Source of the DNA: Macrostomum lignano | Taxonomy: Eukaryota | DNA length: 64,000 bases | Assembly: GCA_002269645.1 (NCBI GenBank) | Contig: NIVC01001308.1 | Location: 1-64,000 of the forward strand | Reading direction: 5' to 3' | Shown here: positions 1 to 10,612 of the stretch, piece by piece | Numbering within the stretch: the stretch's first letter is position 1 | Layout: each line of letters starts with the position of its first letter | The notes under the pieces: generated by a model | What the model saw: only the letters and a program-made list of their open reading frames with translations | What the model was told of the DNA's origin: nothing | Databases searched by the model: none | Made by a program: the position numbers and the translations under genes

Positions 1-127
1 AAAATATAGAAATAAAGTTTTTACAAACAAAAAAGGTTCCAAAATCGATTATGACTTATCAAGGTCAACGAAAATATAATATAACTAATAAGGATGATAA
101 AATATTTGATTACACCTGTCCTAATGG

Positions 128-390
128 GCAGATGTGCAACCGACAGCTCAGCCGCAGCTATTGCGCGGCGCATCTGAAGGCTGCGTACGGCTGTTCAGTC
201 CAAGGACTGGGGGGTCGCCACACACACCCTCAATTACCCCAGCTAATGCTGGCACCCATTTTACAGCTGGGTGAACTGAAGCAATGCAGAGTTAAGTGTC
301 TTGCTCAAGGACAATAATTGTTCCGAATGGGTCCAGAATCGAACCCCGACCTTTCAGTCGCGAGTCCAAGGGGATATCGTCCTACAACCA
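128..390 (-). mobile_element. tRNA-derived CORE-type SINE, copy 1
   Basis: Near-identical to 48440-48712 and 54269-54531. The minus strand has box B GGTTCGATTC. The + strand segment cccattttacag...gttaagtgtcttgctcaagg resembles the MIR/CORE domain. Confidence 0.8.
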
Positions 391-563
391 GCACTGAGAC
401 AATTCTGCCCATTCCGCTACTCCTGAGCCAATAATGTACGGGCACGCACTCACAGGGTGTAAAGTGGCCCTGACTTTCTAAATGTCAGACATGAATGTGG
501 CCACAAACCACGGTAACTATATATTATCTCCCATACACCCCTGTCATTGCATCCCGCTCTCAC

Positions 564-659
564 CTCATTAGCCATCCCGGCAACAGTGACTCCAGTAGCA
601 ATGGATTCTTTGCTGCCCTCCTGAAGCAGAGTCTCAGCGTATAGGCGCAACAGGATCGC
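564..659 (-). CDS. TEX11-like exon (AILLRLYAETLLQ...MANE)
   Basis: ttctttcag acceptor, gtgaga donor, 96 nt, phase 0/0, open frame. Confidence 0.75.
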
Positions 660-3600
660 CTGAAAGAATCGGTTCAATGGTTATTGAAAAATGCTTTCAT
701 TTTAAAATACTCAGTCTCTTTCATAGAGAGAGAGAGTGAGAGAGAGAGAGACAGTACCTTATCGAAGCTGGCCATGCGCACTGAGGAGCTTTTTGCCAGA
801 TTAAATGCAACGCTGAGCCAGTGAATGGCGTCAGAAAATTTTCCATCTTGGAAGCGTTGCAGCCCGAAGCGGTAGAGCAGGCTGATAAATCGGAGCGACT
901 GGTTTATTGGCAGGTTGGAGTAGATTTATAATAACGTAGGTTGGATTGTTAGATTGGTAGTTGGACACGTCGGTAGATAGTTAAGTAGTTTTATATTTAG
1001 GTATGTCGACAGTTTAACAAATTGGTTGCTGGGTAGTTTGGTAGTTGGGTAGGTTTGTTTTTGGGTAGGTTGGGTGCTAGGTAGGTTGGGTGCTAGATGG
1101 GTTGGTTGTTGGGTAGGTTGGGTGCTAGGTAGGTTGGGTGCTAGGTAGGTTGGGTGCTAGATGGGTTGGTTGTTGGGTAGGCTGGGTGCTAGGTAGGTTG
1201 GGTGCTAGGTAGGTTGGGTGCTAGATGGGTTGGTTGTTGGGTAGGCTGGGTGCTAGGTAGGTTGGGTGCTGGGTATCTTTGGGTAGGTTGGGTGTTGGTT
1301 AGGTTGGTTGTTGGGTATTGTTGAGTAGGTTGGGTGTTGGTTAGGTTGGTTGTTGGGTAGTTTATATTGGGTTATGTTAGGCTGGTTGTTGGCAGCATTG
1401 ATAGATCTATGTTGGCAACTGTGTTGGGTAGATAAGCACTGCGTCAAGCGGTAGTCAGCCATTAACTTACGTGCATATTGAGTTTAGCATCGCTAACTAA
1501 ATCTAGCAGAAGATTCTCATAGTCCAATACCTTGTGATCTTTGTTCCTGCCGTCCATCTGGAAAGCATTAGTTTGAAACCATAACTGTAATACTACGTCT
1601 ATTAGAGTGCAATAGCGGTTAGGCTGTATGCTCGCGCACTTACAAACCAGATCTCTAACTGCATTTTAATCATAGTCAATGCTACTGAATTTGAAAAATG
1701 TCTCAAATCGACGTTTCCGCCGCTAAAGTACACCTTGGCCTCGTTGTAATAGGCCTTGGTGAAGCCCAGCACTCGCTGACAGTCGGCCGTACTGTTGTGG
1801 ATAAGGAACAGGCTGCAAGTTTCCATGGCACACTGGAAGTTGGTACGTTTTTAAAAAGTAAAACTGATAAACAGGCGCGATTCTTGTCAATTGTAGAGAC
1901 TAGTCTCTAATAAATAAAAGCATCATACCACGCAAAAGAACTTCATATCGCGGATGCGCTCGCTAAACGATGGTTCAACAGACAGAAACAGTTCGAGCAA
2001 AAGGGCTTTGACTGTAAAAAAAAGAGTTGGTGAAAGTCGAAAGTGCAATCGATATTACGAGTACAAATGTGAGCTTATGATCGAGTTGGTTGAGGATTTA
2101 ATGGCTGCTTAAATGGCGGAGGCGGATTGAATGGCGGATAGAGGGGGCGGATTGAATGGTGAATAGAGGGGCGGATCGAATGGTGGATAGAGGGGGCGGA
2201 TTGAATGGCGGATAGAGGGGGCGGATTGAATGGCGGATAGAGGGGGCCGATTGAATGGCGGATAGAGGGGGCCGATTGAATGGCGGATAGAGGGAGCCGA
2301 TTGAATGGCGGATAGAGGGGGGCGATTGAATGGCGGATAGAGGGGGCCGATTGAATGGCGGATAGAGGGAGGCGATTGAATGGCGGATAGAGGGGGCCGA
2401 TTGAATGGCGGATAGAGGGGGCCGATTGAATGGCGGGTGGAGGGGGCGGGTTGGATGGCGCATATAGAAGGTGGATTGAATTGAGGAAACAAATAAATAG
2501 AAGGTGCAAGAATTCAAAGGCAGCATACATGCATCACCAACCTTCAAAGAATGGCTTTCCCACACGCAGTCGTTTTCCGGAAGAGGTGGCAACAGAGTTC
2601 CACAAATTGCAGCATTGCTCCAGAATCTGCAAACGTTTTAGTTCGGTTCCGGTTGTTTTGGGAAATCCTACATCAAATGATTAAAGCCTACGTAAAGCAC
2701 AAATTGCGTACCTGAAAACGATGTTCGCTCAGGTGCAAACCGGCCAATAATTGCCTCGAAATCAATCTTCGACAGCTGGTTATACTGTCAAAAAGATTTT
2801 GACGCCTGCAGAACGCTGCCTTGACGTCTTTGAGATGGTCTATTAAGGATTGAGGAGAAATAAGTTAACAGAACAGCATAGCCTTTTGAAATTAAGGAGT
2901 CTGGAGGATGCATCCTTGAAATACGACCTAATCAGTTGTCAACATCTTAATACACGACACTAGCTACCAGTGGTTGACACTCTTCTGGCAGTGTCAACAA
3001 CTTACAAGCAACACTAGCAGTGGCTCGTCACTCTCTCCTGATACAATGTCAAACAACTTACTAAGCAACACTACCAATGGCTCGTCACTCTCTCCTGACA
3101 CAATGTCAAACAACTTACTAAGCAACACTATCAGTGGCTCGTCACTCTCTCCTGATACAATGTCAAACAACTTACTAAGCAACACTACCAATGGCTCGTC
3201 ACTCTCTCCTGACACAATGTCAAACAACTTACTAAGCAACACTATCAGTGGCTCGTCACTCTCTCCTGATACAATGTCAAACAACTTACTAAGCAACACT
3301 ATCAGTGGCTCGTCACTCTCTCCTGACACAATGTCAAACAACTTACTAAGCAACACTACCAATGGCTCGTCACTCTCTCCTGGCACAATGTCAAACAACT
3401 TACTAAGCAACACTAGCAGTGGCTCGTCACTCTCTCCTGGCACAATGTCGCTCACAGACGGCGCCATATATGATTCTGTGCATTGATAATCACAGTCAGA
3501 AGTTGCGACAGCAGTCGAGTCAATGTTGCCGGCACCTGTGTCAATATCGCTGTCGCTTTCATCGCTGTCCCTGTTGTGGCTGGATGCCTGCGGCACCATT

Positions 3601-3885
3601 GGACTCCATTGAGTTTGATAGGCATCTTTAGAACTTCCGTTAGTTGAAATGAATCGCTTCTTTCTTGGCACGTTTACGTTTGCCTCAGATTCTTAAGATA
3701 AAAGGTAAGGGATGATTAATTATTTTTTTACTAAATGAGCACTTTATTTTTATCGGTTTAGAGGGTGTTTCAAATTTAATATAATATATACATACCATCA
3801 TCTAGACTTGATGACGTCAAGGATGATGGATTGGGACTTCCTGCACGCCTCATCGACACAACTCGGTCCATAGAGAATTGCTGTC
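564..3885 (-). CDS. TEX11: TEX11/ZIP4/Spo22-like meiotic TPR protein, partial multi-exon gene (5' start uncertain, 3' exons not identified, probably beyond position 1)
   Basis: Phase-consistent GT-AG exon chain: 3885-3796, 3691-3006, 2784-2712, 2667-2542, 2011-1929, 1832-1644, 1557-1471, 898-758, 659-564. The translation contains QILEQCCNLWNSVA, then about 150 aa later LLYRFGLQRFQDGKFSDAIHWLSVAFNLAK and AILLRLYAETLLQ..VAGMANE. This matches my recollection of TEX11 (AVNLWNWA ... CYNFG...SFWLSQSY ... AKVLRLLA...NLANKE) in motif and spacing. The gene model is well supported; the name is from memory. Confidence 0.7.
758..898 (-). CDS. TEX11-like exon (SLRFISLLYRFG...FDK), TPR-like
   Basis: aaaccag acceptor, gtactg donor, 141 nt, phase 0/0. 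Confidence 0.8.
1030..1390. repeat. About 16-bp minisatellite (GGTTGGGTGCTAGGTA), intronic
   Basis: Direct reading of tandem units. Confidence 0.85.
1471..1557 (-). CDS. TEX11-like exon (MDGRNKDHK...LNMH)
   Basis: gctttccag acceptor, gtaagt donor, 87 nt, phase 0/0. Confidence 0.75.
1644..1832 (-). CDS. TEX11-like exon (CAMETCSLF...LEIWF)
   Basis: aacttccag acceptor, gtaagt donor, 189 nt, phase 0/0. Confidence 0.8.
1929..2011 (-). CDS. TEX11-like exon (VKALLLELF...FFCV)
   Basis: ttttttttacag acceptor, gtatga donor, 83 nt, phase 1/0. Confidence 0.75.
2115..2455. repeat. 25-bp minisatellite (GGCGGATAGAGGGGGCCGATTGAAT), intronic
   Basis: Period 25 read directly. Confidence 0.9.
2542..2667 (-). 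CDS. TEX11-like exon (GFPKTTG...CCNLWN...PFFE)
   Basis: gatgtag acceptor, gttggt donor, 126 nt, phase 1/1. Confidence 0.7.
2712..2784 (-). CDS. TEX11-like exon (YNQLSKIDFEAIIGRFAPERTSFS)
   Basis: tttttgacag acceptor, gtacgc donor, 73 nt, phase 0/1; followed by a 44-bp intron. Confidence 0.6.
2990..3450. repeat. 57-bp in-frame coding tandem repeat (about 8 copies)
   Basis: Period 57; encodes DIVSGESDEPLIVLLSKLF on the minus strand. Confidence 0.9.
3006..3691 (-). CDS. Upstream exon of the TEX11-like gene, containing about 8 copies of a 19-aa repeat
   Basis: ttatcttaag acceptor, gtaagt donor at 3005, 686 nt, phase 1/0; overlaps track ORF 2994..3671. Confidence 0.55.
3796..3885 (-). CDS. Upstream exon (QQFSMDRVVSMRR...SLDD)
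   Basis: ctaattgcag acceptor, gtatgt donor, 90 nt, phase 1/1; higher-GC block inside AT-rich DNA. Confidence 0.55.
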
Positions 3886-6649
3886 CTGCAATTAGAAACA
3901 AACTTTTTTAAGAAGATTGGTGAATTTATTTTTTATCTTAACAATCAATAAGTACATAAAAAAATAATATGTCTATCAATACATATAATTACGAAATTAG
4001 CCCAGTACTTATTAATATGAAAAACTTGAATATAAATTCCTGACTTTAATAATCAAAATTATCATGCAAACTGCACCAAGTTGTAGAGGGCTTCTGACTA
4101 TACAAAATAAATAAAATTAGCTTTTAAATTAAAAATGGGATAAATAAAAAAATATTCTAATCTCTACTTTTTGATCAATTCTATTTACACATAAGAGGTC
4201 AAGCTTTATCTTTAATTTAAAAGAAATGACACTGTTTTTTATTTTTTCATATTCTAATTTGCAATTATATTTTTATCAATCATATTTATTTTTTAGCTGT
4301 CAGCCTAAGATTGCTATTGTAACTGATATGAATATTCAGGGGCTAGCGGAATGGGCGACCCTTGCCTCCCCACTGTGTCTATGGACCACCCTGCAGCTAA
4401 GTCAAGTAAGATATGAATATATATTGACAAGTTTGAAAGTAAGTTATTGCAGATGCAAATAAAAATCAATGATTAATAAAATATTTAGCTATTGATAGTT
4501 GTTCACATTTTATTGTAACTTTTTGTTTTATAAATTATGAATCTTCAAAACATTTTTTGCTATAGCTAATAATTTCTAGTGTAGTATCATGAGTCCTGAA
4601 AGATTTTTTCATTATCTTGAGAAATTAAAGATAGTATTCTGTTCTTTATAGTTCTTTAGAACCTAATAAATTAAACATAACTAACTCCAACTTATTCTAA
4701 ATTTTCTAATGAATTTTTTTCATTTCAACAACTACACCACTGCACTTGGTACTATTAAAATTTTTAGAACTGCTTATTATTTTTCATATTTTTCATAAAT
4801 TTCATTCTGGCAATGTCTTTAATTAAACGTGAAATTTATTTACATCAATAACTAAAAAATTCTACGATTATGTTATGTCACATATATTCTAAATATTTCT
4901 ATAATTTCCTGAAAAGCTAGCAGTTTTTGATGAGCAGAACAAAAGTAAAACATATTTACACCTAGAAAAGAAGGCAGAGAGAATCAATGGAGTGTTCTGG
5001 AAATTAGCGAAAAATCGATCTAAGAATACCAAAAATGAAATAAAGCTTAAACTAAATTTGAAAACAAAAGTTTCTGTCGAATGTATATATTTCATGATTA
5101 TTTGCTACAGCATGTTGACTTATGCCGACTTTAACGTGAGCTCATGGAGTAAGTCTCGACTCGAGTAGTCTGGCCTAGCAGTCTAGCAGCTTACAAGTGC
5201 GTGCGAAAACTTTTTAAAAATATTTAAACGTTAATTCCACTTAAACTAGGTAAAACAAAAATATATCAATTTAAGTACTCCCAGTCTGTTTGAAAGAATT
5301 ATATGTTTTATATTTAAATGTAAAACTACTAGATACTAAAAAATTCTAAGGTAGAAACTTTTACATGAAATAAACTATTAACACAGTTTCATGTAGATGT
5401 GCGAATTAAAGCTGTGCTTTAAGAACTTAATCATCCGATCCACAGCTCTAATTTTCGGTTGTAGATAGCTACCAGATATTTTAGACGAGAACTCGTTGCC
5501 AAATATGTTTATTTCAATTCTCTTTGCATTTCCAGAATCTTCTTTGTGCACTTTTGGATTTCTACATGTATATAGCGTCCACATTTTTAACGAAAATATG
5601 AGAAACAATGTGAATAAGAAATAAGAAATATGTCAGAAATATAAGAAAATAGGAGAAATACTGTACTCGTCGTAATTAAATTCCATTGATTTTAATTTAT
5701 ATACATGATGTAGCAGAGGTTATGCAGCCAAAGTTTGCTGAATAGTTCAAATTAGCTACATGTGCTAACCCACACACAGCTAGCGCTCGCGCCGTTGTAG
5801 AAAGCGCATCGCTTTCCGTTGGCGTGACTTTCGAAGACGCGCTCAGCCCTAATTGCTGAAAAGAGGCTGAAAAAAAGAAGAGAAATAAACAAAGCTGAGT
5901 AGGCAGAGAGCACTACATGCACAAGAAAGTGGATTTATTTTTATAGCAGCTATAATAGCATATACGAGCGTACGACGTACAATAAAAGCTATATGGACAG
6001 TTGCTGGGGAGCCACCCAGTTCCCATCTGTGTACTTGAGACTTGCTTCTGCACTCGGGTGCCCATGCAATGCAACCGCCTCTTTCTCAAACGCACTTTGT
6101 ACTCTCTAGACTCGACAATAGGCATATAAGCTTGAAAATTTTGAGCCCGCACAATTGGCAGGTGTTGGGGCGCGCAAGGGCGGAGACACCTCGGGAAGAC
6201 ATGCGGCAGCAGCTGCGCTTGATGTGCACGGTACCCGCCTCTCCTCCCTCTCTTAGCCACCTCAGCCCTTCCTCTGTTACTCTGCCCCGCTTTTCTCTTG
6301 CTCAGCAACTGTCTTTCTCTACACCCTATCCTTCTCTCTCTCCTTTTCACCTTCCCTTCCCTGTCGGTCCCGTCAATGTGTACATCCGAGTACAGCTTTC
6401 TGGACCGTGACTCAATAGGGAGAGACGAAGTCGGAAGCAAGCGAGAGCAAAGCAGCAGCTCACTCTGTCCTAAACCTCCAACGCTCTATCTAGACTGGCC
6501 CAGCCTTGCCCTCTTTCTATATACTTTGCTTGCATAAGCGCAGCAGACACACTTAACGCTGAGCAGCCGGTCAATTGCCATATCTATATTCGCGGCTATA
6601 ATAAACTATCCAATAAATAACTGCCCTACTGAAAGCTTGTTGGAATCTC

Positions 6650-6883
6650 ATGAGTGATAAGGCAGCGGCAGCAGCAGCAAAGGACAGCGCTAACAGTCAA
6701 CAGGGTCAGGGCAACTCCGAAGCTAGGAACAGCGGCCAAGCAGACAAACACCGACGATCGTCAGCTGATCGGAGGAGCACCGCCTCCTCGCGAGACAGCA
6801 GTCGGGAGAGGCCGATGTGCCTCTACGACTGGCTCTTTTACATCTGCTCGTGCAAGTGCTGCAAAAAGAATCGAGACGATTAA
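6650..6883 (+). CDS. 77-aa ORF with Cys-rich basic C-terminus (ICSCKCCKK), or first coding segment of the downstream protein
   Basis: ATG at 6650, non-repetitive sequence, same reading frame as the 6905 ORF. Confidence 0.55.
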   Translation: MSDKAAAAAAKDSANSQQGQGNSEARNSGQADKHRRSSADRRSTASSRDSSRERPMCLYDWLFYICSCKCCKKNRDD

Positions 6884-6904
6884 AAGTTTAACAGGCAAGC
6901 TAAC

Positions 6905-8755
6905 ATGTTAAACGGACGCGGTCAACTGTCCTTATCGAGCCCTAAGCGTGACAGCTGGTCATCATCCGGTGATACCAGTTACTATGACGCCAGAGACCAA
7001 CTCACTGGCGACGAGCTTGAAGCAGACGAAGCCAATGCTGGGAGATACAACGCGGCGCTAAGCGTAGTTGACACTTCGCAGGACTTACAAAATGCGCACG
7101 ACAGAGCCACAGCCTATTACGACAACACAGCCTATCTCCATGACAACGGTCCCGTAGCTACTAAGAGTCTAGCAAGCAGTGATGGCACTCTGAAAGGCAC
7201 TTTCTACAAGAAGAAAAAGATGTTCCAACGAAACAAGAAGAACCAGTTACCAGCGCACCTGAGAGCTGAGACAAACATAGATTCTACAACAACCGGAGGG
7301 GAGGATGAAAGTGCCGCACCTGGCGTTGAAGTAGAAGAGACTGACGACGACTTCGGTTTTAAATTCCGGCCATCGATACCGCCGCCAAGGCCGCTGCTTC
7401 AGTCTGCACCATCCGTTGGCCTGACTCTCGAAGACACGCTCAGCATGAAGCGATCGGACCGCCCAGCAACTGCCGCGCATCCAGTAGGCTTCCCTAACGG
7501 CGGCGCAGAGATCCGCAGCAGCGGAATCCTGCTGGAAACCAACATCGACTCCGAATTGGACGACAACTCTTCAATCCCGTCATCGTACTACCCTGATCAG
7601 ATGAAGCGACCCGAACAACAGTCCCAGCAACAGCTACAAAGCTCTCACCATGACGGTCAACCGGGCATTTCTCAGCCATACGTTCGACCGCCTCCAGCCG
7701 TGGTGCCCATGGTGCCATTTCATTTCAACACCGCAGTTCGCGAAGAGGATGAGGATACAGATGCCACCGCGGCCGTGGAAGATGACGACGAAAACTCTTC
7801 TGGGACAACACCCGCCGGCTTCCACGAGGAGGTACCTCGAATGGCATCAGGCAGCGGCTGGAGTCCATACTCTCCGGTGTCTCCAAGCGGAACCGTCATA
7901 GAAAACGGAGTGCCGCAGCACAAGTTTGCTCCGTCTCCTTTCAAATCGCCCGCGGCCACGTCAATGACCAAATCGGCTCAGTCGCAGGCTGGCAGGAGTC
8001 CGCATCAATACCCTGGCCCGGCGCCACCTCGGATGATGGCGCGGTTAGATACAGATTTTGAAGTGAGCTCAGACGAAATGGACTTCACAGAGACGACGCC
8101 GGGAGACATGGCTATTCTGGAGTATTCCAGAGCCTTGGAGGAGGCCGAGCGAATGCGCCACATCGCCGGTGGTAACTACGTATTCGCTAAGCCTCCAGCC
8201 TCGCAGTTGACCAACTCAGTGCCCGATTTCCTCAATTACTCGGGTCGCTACGCTAGCAACATCACCGGCTCCGTGGGAATTCGGGCCAAGTCGATGAACA
8301 CGCTCACAGCGTCGCGCAGCTCCCTGCGCAGCAGCGGCGTCAGCGGCAAAGAACTACTGACGCCAGGCAGGGCCAGACGGGCCTCCCTGCGCAGGAGTCG
8401 CTTGGGTCTGGAGCCCGGCGGCGGCGTCTACACCATCCCGGTTTTTGACGACTCCAACCCGACTCTGGTGTCCGGCAACAGTCAAACTAACTTTGCAGGG
8501 CCGAGGCACTTGCCGGGAGAGTTCGACGAACCGACGGTACCCGAGGTACAGCATCACGGACCAGTGCGGTCGAGCAAGCAGATGAGCTGCCTGGAACGAT
8601 GCGACAATGTCTGCTGTCCGAACACGCCGCGTAGGCTACTGGTCCGGTATCTGCTCATTGCCGGCATCTGCGTCTGCTGCGTCCTGCTGGGTGTAGCGGT
8701 GGCGGTTATTGTCATCAGCACCAGGCCAAAGACGGATAATACCAGCGGCGCCTAG
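6905..8755 (+). CDS. 616-aa largely disordered protein with one C-terminal transmembrane helix (tail-anchored) preceded by a Cys cluster; family not recognised
   Basis: 1.85-kb non-repetitive ORF; hydrophobic YLLIAGICVCCVLLGVAVAVIVI near the C-terminus; AATAAA at about 8953 downstream. Confidence 0.85.
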   Translation: MLNGRGQLSLSSPKRDSWSSSGDTSYYDARDQLTGDELEADEANAGRYNAALSVVDTSQDLQNAHDRATAYYDNTAYLHDNGPVATKSLASSDGTLKGTFYKKKKMFQRNKKNQLPAHLRAETNIDSTTTGGEDESAAPGVEVEETDDDFGFKFRPSIPPPRPLLQSAPSVGLTLEDTLSMKRSDRPATAAHPVGFPNGGAEIRSSGILLETNIDSELDDNSSIPSSYYPDQMKRPEQQSQQQLQSSHHDGQPGISQPYVRPPPAVVPMVPFHFNTAVREEDEDTDATAAVEDDDENSSGTTPAGFHEEVPRMASGSGWSPYSPVSPSGTVIENGVPQHKFAPSPFKSPAATSMTKSAQSQAGRSPHQYPGPAPPRMMARLDTDFEVSSDEMDFTETTPGDMAILEYSRALEEAERMRHIAGGNYVFAKPPASQLTNSVPDFLNYSGRYASNITGSVGIRAKSMNTLTASRSSLRSSGVSGKELLTPGRARRASLRRSRLGLEPGGGVYTIPVFDDSNPTLVSGNSQTNFAGPRHLPGEFDEPTVPEVQHHGPVRSSKQMSCLERCDNVCCPNTPRRLLVRYLLIAGICVCCVLLGVAVAVIVISTRPKTDNTSGA

Positions 8756-9365
8756 CGCTCTGCTGATCAATCAATCAATCACTTGAAGTGTTTCCTTTCC
8801 ATTTTGCGTGTCTGCAAGTAGCTCAAAATCCTGCAAAATGCATTAATATTGTTTCTATGTTACTGACTGAGCAGTGAAAAGAGCCACAAAACGATGCAAG
8901 AGTCAATACTCTTCAACTTGAAGTTAATCGACTGTCATTGTTACATTTACAAATAAAGACTTATTCTTACCTGTGTCATTTTGCTGGCTTCAAAACAATT
9001 TCTGTGATGCATTGGAAATACTTCTTTTTACCTTACTTGGATAGCGTTGAAAGCTACCTTTTTGTTTATCTGTTTTGTACAGCTTCGCGTTTTTCCTGAC
9101 CAAAAAGTAGCTCTTGTACTTTAAAACTGAGCGAAATTTTTCATGACACGATCTTTTCGCTTTTGCTATTTTGTAGTTCATATGTCTACTCTTTGTTGCA
9201 TGTACTTTTTGTCAAATATTCCTGAAAATGTTATATCATATATCTATTAATAGGATTTTAGCTCATTATTTACAAAAAGTTAGAATAGTTGTTTCAGCTT
9301 CCAAGGCAAAATATAATCAGAATCGTCTTTAATATTTGTGCTTAAAGTCTACCAATAGTTACATG

Positions 9366-10612
9366 TTCCTTCCTTCCTTCCTTCCTTCCTTCCTTCCTTC
9401 CTTCCTCCCTTCCTTCCTTCGTTCCTTCCTTCCTTCCTTCCTTCCTTCGTTCCTTCCTTCCTTCCTTCCTTCCTTCCTTCCTCCTTCCTTCCTTCCTTCC
9501 TTCCTTCCTTCCTTCCTTCCTTCCTCCCTTGCTTCCTTCCTTCCTTCCTTCCTTCCTTCCTTCCTTCGTTCCTTCCTTCCTTCCTTCCTTCCTTCCTCCC
9601 TTCCTTCCTTCCTTCCTTCCTTCCTTCCTTCCTCCCTTCCTTCCTTCCTTCCTTCCTTCCTTCCTTCCTTCCTCCCTTGCTTCCTTCCTTCCTTCCTTCC
9701 TTCCTTCCTTCCTTCCTTCCTTCCTTCCTTCGTTCCTTCCTTCCTTCCTTCGTTCCTTCCTTCCTTCCTTCCTTCCTTCCTCCCTTGCTTCCTTCCTTCC
9801 TTCCTTCCTTCCTTCCTTCCTTCCTTCCTTCCTTCCTTCCTTCCTTCCTTCCTTCGTTCCTTCGTTCCTTCCTTCCTTCCTTCCTTCGTTCCTTCCTTCC
9901 TTCCTTCGTTCCTTCCTTCCTTCCTTCCTTCCTTCCTTCCTTCCTTCCTTCGTTCCTTCGTTCCTTCCTTCCTTCCTTCCTTCGTTCCTTCCTTCCTTCC
10001 TTCCTTCCTTCCTTCCTTCCTTCCTTCCTTCCTTCCTTCCTTCCTTCCTTCCTTCCTTCCTTCCTTCCTTCCTTCCTTCCTCCCTTCCTTCCTTCGTTCC
10101 TTCCTTCCTTCCTTCGTTCCTTCCTTCCTCCCTTCCTTCCTTCGTTCCTTCCTTCCTTCCTTCGTTCCTTCCTTCCTTCCTTCCTTCCTTCCTTCCTTCC
10201 TTCTTTCCTTCCTTCCTTCCTTCCTTCCTTCCTCCCTTGCTTCCTTCCTTCCTTCCTTCCTTCCTTCCTTCCTTCCTTCGTTCCTTCCTTCCTTCCTTCG
10301 TTCCTTCCTTCCTTCCTTCCTTCCTTCCTTCCTTCCTTCTTTCCTTCCTTCGTTCCTTCCTTCCTTCCTTCGTTCCTTCCTTCCTTCCTTCCTTCCTTCC
10401 TTCCTTCCTTCCTTCGTTCCTTCCTCCCTTCCTTCCTTCCTTCTTTCCTTCCTTCCTTCCTTCCTTCCTTCTTTCCTTCCTTCCTTCCTTCCTTCCTTCT
10501 TTCCTTCCTTCCTTCCTTCCTTCCTTCTTTCCTTCCTTCCTTCCTTCCTTCCTTCCTTCTTTCCTTCCTTCCTTCCTTCCTTCCTTCCTTCCTTCTTTCC
10601 TTCCTTCCTTCT
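9366..10612. repeat. (TTCC)n microsatellite, about 1.25 kb
   Basis: Direct reading. Confidence 0.97.

Noticed and set aside
450-473. 24-nt micro-exon (KVRATLHP, atttag...gtgagt) continuing the TEX11-like gene
   Set aside because: Splice signals are plausible, but it is too short to verify and I could not tie it to a known motif
2785-2839. Longer version of the 2712-2784 exon using the acceptor at 2839
   Set aside because: Its open frame ends in phase 0 and conflicts with the next exon; the compatible frame has a TGA. It is viable only if there is a 1-nt sequence error
5913-6537. Overlapping 80-175-aa ORFs on both strands
   Set aside because: No recognisable motifs and partly low-complexity; probably promoter or 5' UTR of the 6650 locus
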